Shown: positions 48,125-59,326 of the stretch, in pieces
Numbering within the stretch: position 1 is the first letter of the stretch
Layout of the letters: each line of letters starts with the position of its first letter
From: Psammoneis japonica
Taxonomy: Eukaryota
Reading direction: 5' to 3'
Length of the DNA stretch: 64,000 nucleotides
Assembly (NCBI GenBank): GCA_008632985.1
Contig: QPGO01000011.1
Coordinates: 744,001 to 808,000, forward strand
Made by a program: the position numbers and the translations under genes
The notes under the pieces: generated by a model
Databases searched by the model: none
What the model saw: only the letters and a program-made list of their open reading frames with translations
What the model was told of the DNA's origin: nothing

Positions 48125-49569
48125 TTATACTTCAGCGATATCTTGGTTTCGTGACGAACGTCTAGTCGGCCTCTGGTCCACTTCAGCCGAGTTTTGGTTT
48201 CGCGGTGAACGCCTAGCCGTCCCTAGGTCCCAAGAGAACCCCTCGGTTTCCAACCTGTCGATTCGCTCTTGTGTGATGATGCTTTTTTGACCTTTCTTGA
48301 AAAGCTTGTATTGAGATCTCTGAGTAGAAACCCAGCGCCCTCTTCATTGGAAAGAGCATGCGAGTGAAAGAACAATTCATTTGTTGGTTAGAAATCGATC
48401 ATCATGAAAAACCATCACGCAAAGGTACGTGGAGCACGATACTTATGCCCAAACGTGGTCAAAGTTTACTTACAGTGCCTTTTGGTCCTTCCCCTTGGTA
48501 GGAACGTCGCAATTACCGTGTTTCTGTTTGTAATCAAGAAGTTCCGCAAATCGCTCCTCCCATGACACATCGCCCTTTTGCTTCGCCCAAACAAAACCCA
48601 CCTCTTCCAGGGCATTGATTTTGGCTTCAGTCAAGCTGCTCCTCTCTTCATTCTGCCAATTCTTATACTCCATGCGTTGTTTGTTGACCTGATGCAGCAT
48701 ATCAAGTCAAAGCGTGAATATGAATCGTATTGAAATGAATTTCGAAATCGCGATCAATGGTCAATACTTACCCAGATTCCCAACTGCGGATTCTTGGAAT
48801 ACTTCTGCGGCACAAGGCAGTCGCCGTGCTTGGCCTTGTACTCGGCCAACTGTTCAAGACGTTTGTACCACGTATCGAGAGCAGCCTTGGGTCGGTGCGT
48901 TTTGGCTTCCCTCAGTTCTTCGGTGCTTGGCTTCCTTGCAGGACGTTTCGCCTTTCGAGACTTCTTCTTTGCGGACGCGGCTGCCCGCTTCTTGGCAGCA
49001 GGATTGGCTGCTGGTTTGGTATCGGGATCGGACTCCTCCTCTGCTTCTATCTCTTCATTAGTGGGGAGACGTGCAACTTGCGAAAGCACGTCCGGATTCA
49101 GTGTTGCGTCCACGACACCTGCAGCATCAAACTGGTGAGGTGGCTGCTGTTCTAAAAAAAGCTGGTTTGCCAGTGCCGCTTCATTGTAGAGCGGATTGGA
49201 TGTTGCGGCGTGAGCATGAGCTCCCGAAAGAAAGAAGTTTTCGCCTTGTGGGTAACTCTGCGAGACATCAAAAGACGCTCCTTGCGAAATCGACTGCTCT
49301 CGCAGTTGGTGGTCGACCGCCATCGAAGGCATCCCGGCGAATTCGGCGGTGTCAAACGAGCGACCAGCTGTAGGAAGAAAGGCAAGTGCTTGATGAGCCA
49401 CGTAATCGCCTTGACCGGAACGCTCCTCGGAAAACGATGCAGCCGTCGGCGGTTCCGCGGAAGCGTCTCTTTCGTTGTCCCCCCTGTTATAGTCATCGGA
49501 CTCCGGCGGTTGGTAACCGTGAGGATGTTCATCATTCATCCCACTTGGCGGATAATCGTTCATTATCAT
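48125..49569 (-). CDS. Helicase-associated (HA) domain protein with two HA repeats; introns 48689-48771 and 48342-48473
   Basis: WYKRLEQLAEYKAKHGDCLVP..LGIWVNKQR..LEEVGFVW and WEERFAELLDYKQKHGNCDVP..LGRWVSTQR..LETEGFSW. Both GTAAGT..AG introns restore the frame. Confidence 0.9.
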
Positions 49570-50356
49570 GGTTGCAGTCTATTCGAAGCAACGCTAACTT
49601 GTCAACCGTGGGAGTGTGACGGTTGCAATGATCGAACCGTGTTCCGGAGGGCGGGGAGACAAATTTCAAATGCTTTGATGACGTCATGCACATGGTCCGT
49701 TGGATTCCTGATTTAGTACGTATCAACACGTACATTTGTATGCGATTTAGGAATTCGAGAAACTCGATATGTTTGCTGGCCGCCGCGAAAATTCTCCAGT
49801 TTTGTGTGTAAAGGCGCCGCTAGCGTGGACCAACACGATGTGTTAACAATTGAAACAACATGTGTTCTCTTATTCAGTAACAATTTTCGAGCGCTTTTTC
49901 CCATGTGTGAAGATAGCCGGCGAGCATTCCGAAGGCCGTTCTAGACTGATAACACATGGCGAAACTGTTCATCATCTAGTAGTAAAGAAAAAGCCCGCGC
50001 TTTCTGAAGAATGACGTTTTCCGCATCAGTCTCAAGACATCTCATCAGTTAGTATACTGTCGTTTCATGTAGATCCAAGTCAGAACGTTTTGTCGTGCAA
50101 AGATCGTTGTGTTAAGAATACATTTAAAACAGAGTTCAACATGGATTTTATACACAGTATGGATTACATTTCGATCAACGTGCTGTCTGCCATTTTCCTT
50201 TGAGCACTTCCGACGATGTCATACACGAAAGATAAATACACTAGGTAAAGCTGAGTTCCACTCTGGACTATATTGCTTCTATTCGTTGTCAAGTCGCTCC
50301 TGATTGCTTTGGCGAATCCGCAGTGTTCCCTATGAGCAAAGATGGCCGTCAAAGTT

Positions 50357-51040
50357 TCATTCTTCGAAATCTAAAAAGGCGAGGCCCACAAGATCATCTT
50401 CTTCGTACTTCATGACCCCATCGTTGTCTTCTGGAGTGAGGTACTCATTTCCGCACGAATCTTGTTGACAGGTAGCGCTGGATCCCCTACACGTAATTCC
50501 TTCCGTATTTGAGAGCCCGTCTACGAAGTCGACATAGGGCAAGCCCACAAGATCATCTTCCTCTTGTTTAAAGACAGCTACTCTTTCTTTTGGAGTAAGC
50601 CCCCATGGTGGAAAAGAATCTTGTTGATCGGCAGCTGTGGACCCCCCCCACACCATTTCCGTACTTGAAAGCCATCGTAGTCCATGAGCTTCGATTGATC
50701 GTCCGCCCGTGGACAAGGGTCGTGTGAATGGGCTGAACTCGAAAGCCTCTTGACCACACTCTTCGTCGTCGCTTTCATCATTCTCATAACTAAAAAACGC
50801 GTGACTGTCTTGTGATTGAATTTGAAGAGTGAAAGTGTCAATGTCCATACTGGATGTCGGAGAAACCGGCTCAGCGCCGGCTTCGATGGAAGAAGACAAC
50901 GCTTCCTTCCTACTCGTAGCTTTTGAAATCTTGCTACCAATCATCATCCAATACAAATGAGAAGGTGAAGAGGGAGTGTAAGAAATGACCCCCCTCAAGT
51001 ACCGAGACGGCGGTCTCTTCGCATCTGTTCTTCGAAGCAT
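50357..51040 (-). CDS. Hypothetical acidic protein; start uncertain
   Basis: 3' part of ORF 50357..51274 with the duplicated motif EEDDLVGL..DF. Confidence 0.45.
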   Translation of the reverse strand: MLRRTDAKRPPSRYLRGVISYTPSSPSHLYWMMIGSKISKATSRKEALSSSIEAGAEPVSPTSSMDIDTFTLQIQSQDSHAFFSYENDESDDEECGQEAFEFSPFTRPLSTGGRSIEAHGLRWLSSTEMVWGGSTAADQQDSFPPWGLTPKERVAVFKQEEDDLVGLPYVDFVDGLSNTEGITCRGSSATCQQDSCGNEYLTPEDNDGVMKYEEDDLVGLAFLDFEE

Positions 51041-51489
51041 CGTTTGATGAAGGGTTGGTCGCGAAAAGTTCAAGTAAACGGAATATTCGAAATAGATGTT
51101 TAACAACAATAGATGCCGTCCGTCAAGTTTCTTTTGAAATGTTACAGCAGCAAGGTGAGACACCGACACTTTGCCTGTATTTCCAACTTGCAATGAAAAT
51201 GGCCGGAGCGGGAGGCAGTGAAATTGTGCGGTACGGTATGCCAATGAAGAGCGGATGCTTTTTTCTGTTGTCAAAACAAATTTTCGAAAACCGGTATGTA
51301 ATGCCTTCGTTACTTAGAAATTTGAATCTTTTTTATTCAACTACATCGTCCATACTATTTGTTTTATCGTTCTTTTTGTGCGGCTACTCCGACTCCTAAC
51401 GGATGGAAGTCCCACTTCCCACTTCGTCTTCGACCAACGGGACATGATGTCATCAAATTCGACCAGGCTGCCGCCCCGCCCACTAGAGA

Positions 51490-53900
51490 GTCCTTTCTCT
51501 TGTTCTCTGCCTGCTCAACCAAGAACTCCATCAACGTCTCCCTGGCTGCTCTCGTGCCTCTGTCGGCTCTTGCATCGATGATGCAAAGATGCGAACGTCT
51601 TTCTCCCTCACTCTCCCTTCTTCCATGGTTCCTCGAGCGCTTTTCCACCCTTTGTGTGCTCCTTGTGGCATCAGCCACCATGACCTTTGTAAAACCATGA
51701 TTCTTGCCTCCATCACTGGTGCCAGTCCCACCCCCAACACTCTCCCTCCCTCCCGCCCACCAGGCTGTCTCAACCCCCCCTCCTGATCCCTTCCTGTGGA
51801 CATCCTCCCAGAAGGACTCTCTCTTTGCTGCTGCTCATTGGTGTTCATTCATTGTCTGGATCACCTCCAAAGCCAACCCCCTCTCTGATCACTCCCTTGC
51901 CATTGCCTTTCTTCCTGCTTTGGTGGGTGGCCTTTTGGCCTTTGGGGCCCCCAATGGCTGCTGCCATCTCTTCCTTCCTGGCTGCTCTCCTCCACTCCTT
52001 CTGCTTTCGTTGCACCCCACAGAGCACAGCTGCCATCTGGAAATGCTGCTGCTCTCCCTTGCTGCTTGGGCTGTCCTTGTCCTCCTGGAACAAGCCTTGC
52101 TCAACCCCTCACCTCTGCATGATCTTCTGCCACATTGCACCCCTGCTCTTGCCTCTGCCCCCGCCCTTTCTGCTTCTTCCTTGGCTGCTCTTGTCAAGTC
52201 TGCTGCTCTTCCTGGCCTGGCCCATCATCTCCACCATGAACATGAGCAACAAAATGTCACACTGCTGCCCTTGCTGATGCTCCCTCTGATGCTCCCTCTG
52301 ATGCACAAGTCTGTCAACCCTTGCTCTTCTCTCGGCTCACTGGCCTCCCTCTTTGCTTCTTCTCCTCCTGCCACTTCCAGAGCTCTTGCCTTGCTTTTGA
52401 TGCCTGCATTGTTGCTGCTCAATGCAAAATTTGCCTTCCCATCCTTCACCTTCCCTTGCTGGCATGCCCTGTCCCTGTGGTCATGCCACCCTTGATGTGC
52501 GCAGTGATCATGTCTTTTCTTGCCGGTGAGGTCACAAATCCAAACTCTCCAATGGTCTCTGGGATGCCTGCCTCTTCATTGTTGTGGCTCAGACCTTGGG
52601 CCTTGGTGGTTGTGGCCCCTTGCCCAGCATTGTCATTCCTCCCCAATGACGTGCACCTTGAGCCTGGTGCAAACCTGCTTTCCACCCGCCCGCTTCTCCA
52701 TCCCACTCACGTCAGCATTTCTGGCTGTGCTGCCACTCCTTCTCTTTTTCCACTCCTTCCTGGCATCACTGTGTTGTTGTTGATGTTGCCACCCCCCAAG
52801 CTCCTTCTTTTTGCCCTCCTCCTGGTCTGCCCACTCTCTCTTCTCCCATTTTAACCAAGGCACATGCCACTCAAGCACAAGACTGAAGTTCTTTGAAGAA
52901 CCTTTGGCCTCTTCTGCTGATGCATCCCTTGTTGTTCCTTCACACTGGACAATGATGATGGCATCTTCCTTTTTCCTTTTGCCATTCACCACCTTGGTGG
53001 CCTTGGCTTTTTGGCCATCGACTTCTCTTTGGCTCTTCACTCCTCTCCTCTGCCTGCTCTCAGCCCAAGGCTCCCTGGAACCCCTGCTCTGACCTGGTGT
53101 GCCACTCTGATGCCTCCTTTTCTGCCTTTCTCTGTGCTTTGGCATCTCCACATCTGCCCTTCTTTCTTCTGCCAATTTCATCTGGAACCACCTCTCCCCA
53201 GCTGCTGCTTTGGCAGCGCGCACCATTCTGCCTCTCCTTCTCAATGTGGGCCATCCAGACAATTGGCTGCAACCTTGTTTGTCATCACCTCCTCTCTCTG
53301 CACTTGTTTGTGTCATGCTCCCTCTGCCAAATGCTCTGCATCCTGAGTTCTGTGACTGTTCCACACTCTTCTGCAACTGCAGCTGCTTCCGTGCCTCCCT
53401 CTGCGCTGTTCCCTTCCGCTCTCAACAGGCTCTTTAACTCTGCATTCAGTCTAAAAATCTGTGCAGCTAGAGGCTGCAATCTGTCATTCCAGCATCCGGC
53501 ATGCATGCATGCTTCTACTCTAGATGGGCCCTGTTTCTGTGCCTGTTTTGCAGCAGCTGCTCTAGAGGGAGTCGTCAGCCAGCTCTCTCTGCTCCAAGAG
53601 TTGAGCGATCCAGGAGAGGAAAAAAGAGCATTTTGAGTTGTCAAGAGCACAGTCAGTCAACAGTGTAAGCCCTTTCCTTTAGTGCATTTAATAGATTCCA
53701 TAGTGCCACATTGAAGGGAAGTGTCAGGGCCACAAAAGTGCATCTGGAAGCACTCAATCACTTCTGAGCTTTTTCTTTGTTGCTGCTGCTTTCAAAGTGA
53801 AGAGCCTGCAGTGTGCTGTAGCTCTCTCTAGCTTTGCCGTTGTGGACCTTCTCACGAAAAACAGATGGTGAGCACCTGTCACTCCTCTCTTTTTATTCTC
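51490..53900 (-). pseudogene. TpA/CpG-depleted relic of a highly charged (E/K/R-rich) coding sequence
   Basis: Purine-rich minus strand, broken frames, almost no TA between ~51700 and 53400. Confidence 0.5.
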
Positions 53901-54191
53901 TCTCTTGCTCTCTTGAGAGTAAGGATACCTTTTCGTGCAAAACAAAGAGTACGAAGTACGAACATTCTACAGGCGATGACGCGCATCAAAGTCCAACGTG
54001 TTTGCAACCGAACAAGTAGCAAAATAAAATATACTGAAAAAGTTCCAGTGTTGAAAAAACATTCTCTATATACCTGGTAGTTCTTTTACAAAGGATTCTG
54101 CATCCAAACCGGCTTGTCATGGCATTCGCCCGAGCCCGACATACAGTAAAAGAACCGAAACCCGAAGGTTCTCAACGAAGCGAGCGCTGGT

Positions 54192-54572
54192 TTACTCGTT
54201 GTACTCCAGCTCTTCAGCATAATCGTCGTCCTCAAGAAACTCTGCCTCATCGGCAAGAAAGTCGTCGTCGTCGTAATCCATATCATCGTCGTAATCAGCA
54301 TCATCATAGTCATCAGCCGCATCAAGCATTTTTTCTTCCTGTAGAACTTCGTCGTCATCATAATCCATAACGCCATCATATTCGCTCACAAGCAAATCAT
54401 CATCAAAAGCATCATCATCCACGGCCAAGGCATCGTCCGCAGGGTATTCTTCGTACATTTTGTACTCTTCGTCCAAGTAGGGATCGTCCAATTGTCTGGC
54501 TCGGAGCTGTCCCTCTTTGGCAGCGAACGCTCCGGAAGCAACAAGGAAGAACGATAGCAGAGCGGCTTTCAT
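54192..54572 (-). CDS. Small secreted, extremely acidic Asp/Glu/Tyr-rich protein with an RXL processing motif
   Basis: Signal peptide MKAALLSFFLVASGAFA, then LRARQL, then a D/E/Y-rich tail (DDYDDADYDDDMDYDDDD). Confidence 0.85.
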   Translation of the reverse strand: MKAALLSFFLVASGAFAAKEGQLRARQLDDPYLDEEYKMYEEYPADDALAVDDDAFDDDLLVSEYDGVMDYDDDEVLQEEKMLDAADDYDDADYDDDMDYDDDDFLADEAEFLEDDDYAEELEYNE

Positions 54573-55154
54573 GGTTGTCTCTTGACTATGTCACAAACAG
54601 AATATTGCTAACCAACGATGGAGGGTCAACCAACGGGGAAACAAAGGCACAAACAGAGTGTTCTGTTCGTTCGGTCTCTCGCGGAGGTCGTCGTCAATCG
54701 CACGGCAAAACCAAAACCCAACGCTCGCACGCACGCCGATCGCCGACACTACACAGAACGAACCACGACCCACCGAAAGCCACAAAACATTTAGATCAGA
54801 CATATTTATTTAACGGAAATGTCTTTTTCTCCAAAAAGAATGACTCAATAATAAATACTCCAGATGCTACCTATACATGAAGAAAAATTTAAATTGGAAA
54901 TTTGAAAAACATCACGGTAACTCCACAAGGACGTGGAACTGTGTTTTCAGTTTGCAATCGTACTAGTTCTCCCCTAGCTCAAAAGAGAGAGAGAGAGAGA
55001 CCTCCATGCAAAGCAATTTCAATGATCCGTCCTTTTGGAAATTATCTTTCTCTAGTTCGAGGAAACAACGCAGCTTTCGAACAGGACAAGGCACTTGAGG
55101 TGTCTGTGAGACAATTATCATCACGCGACAATCCTGTTCACTCACGACCTTCGT

Positions 55155-56348
55155 TCATGGCTTCTTCTTCACCAATTCTCGAATCTTTGGTATCAGGCCA
55201 TTCGCAAACTTTTCGTTTGACTCTGCATTCCAATGAAGACACATTCCGAAATCCTCCCGAGAATTGAATTCAATCTGTGGCTCGTGTCGGTTTTCCACCA
55301 AGTGATAACCTTTCTCAGTCCCTCCCAGCTTTTCCATTACGGCCTTCCATAACCTCGTTTGTGTGTTACAAACTCGATTACGTTGCTTCTCTGTCATGAC
55401 ACAGGACACCATGCAATCCGGCGAAGGTGTTACCAAAATGATTGGGACGCAAGAACGGTGCTGACGAATCAACAAGACAAGTTCTTCAAAACCCGATGAC
55501 ATTTTGCGTTCCAAAGAGCCCCAAGATTCTTCCAAAGCCGATTGATCATTCTGACCAATGTACATTACCACTGCATCAGCCGGACCTAGGTCTTTGCTTT
55601 TGCTTTTCTTGTCCGTTGCCAAGAGACGTGGATACACGTCAAAGATATTGCTGGATCCAACGACTGAGTATTTCGCCCCAAACCCACTCCACGCTATAAT
55701 GCTATAGTCTGCATCAAATGTATCCGCCACATGACGCGCCCATGACCTGCGAACATTTGTTGCCCGACGTGTTTGCTGGTCAAACCAGGATTCAAAAAGT
55801 ATATACCGAATCAAACCCGAATATGGACCTTCATTTCCGAAACCAACAGTATCTGAATCCCCGACAAACTCTATAAAAAGCCTACGCTCATTCTTGTTGT
55901 TGGATTGATCAGTATCCACTACTTTTGCTGTGCCACCCTCATCTACTAGCAATCCTTCCACCTTGACTAGAGCCGGATCGTCACGCTTCCAAATCGAAAC
56001 GTCGTAGCTCTTGCTTGGGTTCAAATCCACCGCCAGTTTATATTCCCGCGAAAAGATCTGTTGTGTAATTAATTGTTCTTCTGGTGGTTCCGATGGAGAC
56101 CCGTCAATTACCTTTATACCGTATCCAAGGACAGAACCGGAAAGTTTTGGAATGCGGACCGCAATCGAGCTCGTTCCGGCTACCTGACGAAACTCAAGAG
56201 AAAGAGCCGGCCAATCAAACGCAATGGACCCATCTTCGTTTCGTACGTGACGTCCCATTACCTTGCAATAGGTTGCAGCATCTAAAATGTTTTTCGATGA
56301 TGGCGTCATGGTACAACAACAGAATAAACAATAACACGAAGCATCCAT
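55155..56348 (-). CDS. SGNH/GDSL esterase, CE2 (acetylxylan esterase)-like
   Basis: GRH..FDWP N-terminal domain, IEFVGDSDTVGFG, IIAWSGFG, IGQND, C-terminal LHWN. Confidence 0.8.
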   Translation of the reverse strand: MDASCYCLFCCCTMTPSSKNILDAATYCKVMGRHVRNEDGSIAFDWPALSLEFRQVAGTSSIAVRIPKLSGSVLGYGIKVIDGSPSEPPEEQLITQQIFSREYKLAVDLNPSKSYDVSIWKRDDPALVKVEGLLVDEGGTAKVVDTDQSNNKNERRLFIEFVGDSDTVGFGNEGPYSGLIRYILFESWFDQQTRRATNVRRSWARHVADTFDADYSIIAWSGFGAKYSVVGSSNIFDVYPRLLATDKKSKSKDLGPADAVVMYIGQNDQSALEESWGSLERKMSSGFEELVLLIRQHRSCVPIILVTPSPDCMVSCVMTEKQRNRVCNTQTRLWKAVMEKLGGTEKGYHLVENRHEPQIEFNSREDFGMCLHWNAESNEKFANGLIPKIRELVKKKP

Positions 56349-56638
56349 TCATGGCGTCAAGCGTCAAAGATCCAAGATCCAAGCCAAGTTTGTGAGAAAG
56401 GATATTTCGTCAAACTTTCTGCTTTCTTTAAAAATTTCGATCTTTTTTTCGAAATCTTCGATTTTTTGCACAGATACATAGAATTGATATTTTTACCCAA
56501 CGAAAATAAAAGTGGCCTTTTCTTGAATATAGACTCGACTATACAATTATAAATTTCTGTAATAAATCTCACAGCCGCTGGCACCGGATGCCAGAAGCGA
56601 ACGACAAAACACGACACCCGACGGATCGTTGCTCATGG

Positions 56639-56791
56639 NNNNNNNNNNNNNNNNNNNNNNNNNNNNNNNNNNNNNNNNNNNNNNNNNNNNNNNNNNNNNN
56701 NNNNNNNNNNNNNNNNNNNNNNNNNNNNNNNNNNNNNNNNNNNNNNNNNNNNNNNNNNNNNNNNNNNNNNNNNNNNNNNNNNNNNNNNNNN
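56639..56791. other. Assembly gap (153 N)
   Basis: Run of N. Confidence 1.
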
Positions 56792-57269
56792 TTAAGTGTC
56801 ATTTCCACTTCCATACAAAGACAGCTAAATGCTTAACGGTAGTGGTCAGATTTCAAAATCTGAGCAATACAGAAATGTCAATGATGAATAAGGATTTTAG
56901 ATTGCTTCTGCCGTAAATATCATTACGCCAATGCCACTAATGAATACACAAATGAATTTGTATTCCATCCTTTTCCTGAACTTTGATCTATCGGCATTTT
57001 CGATACGAGTACTCGACGCGATGACAACAATGAGGCATGCTTGTATGTGTCATGGCCATAAGCTGTGAGGCGTACCGTCACATTTGGATTGAACTCGGGA
57101 TCTTGATGTCGAAAGTAGCCATTTGTTTGACATTCGTGATTTTTCATCGCCCACAAACTGGGATTTCAACTGAGTCGAGTTGATGTTGGACGTGTTTCAA
57201 AGCACTGCGTTTGATGAAACAATTGAGGGCTCTGGAATTATGGCATTTTATGCCATGGAGACTTAAAAC

Positions 57270-59290
57270 AGTAAATGGGTTGACAATCAAGCAGTGATCG
57301 GGTTTGCCAACATTTCCAAAAATGTGACAACAAAAATTGCATCACTCAACAACCAACAACATCTCAAGAGATGGAAACAAGAAAAGTGACTCCTCTTTGC
57401 ACTTGAATTAAAAGAGACAACAATGCACAACAAACATTTGAGAAGGACAAGAAGCTCTTGAATGCATGGAACCAGAAGAGAGTCAATGAATCGCTCTTGT
57501 TTTGAACCTCTTGACCTGTTCTGTCCATGATGGTGGTTGGTTGAAAGGTCGGTGGTGGTTTTTTTATGTGACTTGCAGCTTGAGGCATGTTGATGCATGA
57601 ACACATGGCCCATGTGTGGTGTCACCTTTGGAAAGTGCCACTTGTGGAGCTTGAGTGGACAACTCTCTGTGCTCAAGCTTTGTCCGCCAAATGCTCCATC
57701 AAAGTCCAGATGCTGCCACATCCCACCCGACCATTGACACAAAACAGTTCTTGCAAAATGTTGTTGCCTGTTTCCCTCTTCCTCTGCAGAGCAGCCCTCT
57801 TGGTGACAGTGCTGCCCACATGCCAGAATGTGCTCAAGAATGCTTTCCATTTTGCCAGCAAAGATGCCCAACGCGGGGCTGTGTGGGCTCGAATCTCTCT
57901 CAAGACAAGCTGACATTTGTGCCTGGCACTGGCGGCAATGCTGAGCCCTCCTTCCTGTTTGACTTCCCAGGAGTGTGCCCAGATCTCCTGCGTGCTGAGT
58001 GGCTCAACCACAAGAGTCGCTGTCTTTGTCAGTTTTGTCAGCAGGATGCGCCAAGGCTGCTCTGGCCATGTGTGCGCAAGGACAGCTGCGACAGCGCTTT
58101 CTGCTGTCAGCAAAGAGTGTGAGCTGGCTGGACTGCCCAACCCCACACTTCACAGCTCCTTGGCAGTCACCCCAAATCAAGTGCCAAATTGGGGTCAACA
58201 GCACCTGGCTGGTTGCAATGCAAAGACAGCTGTGGCAGCACTTTGTGACAACAAAGAGAGTGCGAGCTGGCTGGGCTCCCAACCCCACACTTCACAGCCC
58301 CTCAGCACTGGCTCCCAATCAAATGCCAACTTGGGGCCAATGGCTGTGAAGCCATCATTGCAAATCCCTGTGCCTGCCCCCTCACACAGCTTTGCACAGG
58401 GTCAACATGTGTGGCCTTTGCAAGATGGGCCCTGGCTGGCTGCTGGCTCCTCAGCCACACGGCTTGCACAACAAGCCACCACAACACAGAGCACTGTGGG
58501 GTGAGTGCAGCACAGCCCAAACAAGCACACCATGCTGAGATCACCCAGAGTTGGCTGCTGTCCTGGGGCTCCATTCAAAGCCAAGCTGGGCTGCTTGGCT
58601 CCTTGGTGTGCAGCACATGCTTGGCATCACATTCTTGTTGCCAAGCAGCCGCATGGCATGTGCCCACCATTTGTGCCTGCAACAGCGACCCCAGCCACAA
58701 AGAAGCCAACAAAAAGTTGAACCTGGTTTTGTGGTTGAAGAGTGAAGAAACTGTGAGTGAAGTTTGGTTCAAGATTTGTTGGCAATGCCAAGTGGGCAAC
58801 CAAAGAGAGGCGCCAAAAATGGCTGTTCTTGCTCATTCCTCAAGAGGAGCTTGCACTCATGATGCAGGGTCTGAAGCAAGCACCAGCCAAGACAACAGTT
58901 TTTTCTCTCTGCCCCACTTAAAACACAGCCTTTGAGTCAATGTGGTGCTCCTTCAACAACTCACGCACACTGGGAAGAGCAGCTGGAGCCAGGGCAGCTG
59001 GCCTGGCAGGGCTTGGCTGACACCCAAGCTGGGCTGCTCAGCCTGGTGGCACACACTCAGTGCCACATTGTCACCCTCCTGCAACTGCAATGTGCCCCAC
59101 TCTTTGCACCTGCAGCAACCACCCTGGATCAAAAGAAGCCAGTGCAACTCTGGCCATGGTTGCATGGTCAATTGTGTGTGTGTGTTCAACGGTTGATTCC
59201 CCTCTTTTTTTCTCTTTTCCTTTGGCCGGCCACGAACATGAAAAAATTGCCGCTCATGGTGGTGGACGGGTCATTTCCTTTTTTCGCTTG
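57270..59290. other. TpA/CpG-depleted degenerate island with internal ~140-bp duplications
   Basis: Almost no TA. Repeats ~58077-58200 vs ~58220-58345 (GAGCTGGCTGG..CCCAACCCCACACTTCACAGC) and ~58580-58710 vs ~59020-59140. Confidence 0.75.
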
Positions 59291-59326
59291 CAACGCTAGA
59301 CGAAACGGCAATTCAGTGTCAACACG

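Noticed and set aside
56569..56916. ORFs containing X runs
   Set aside because: Artefacts of the N gap.
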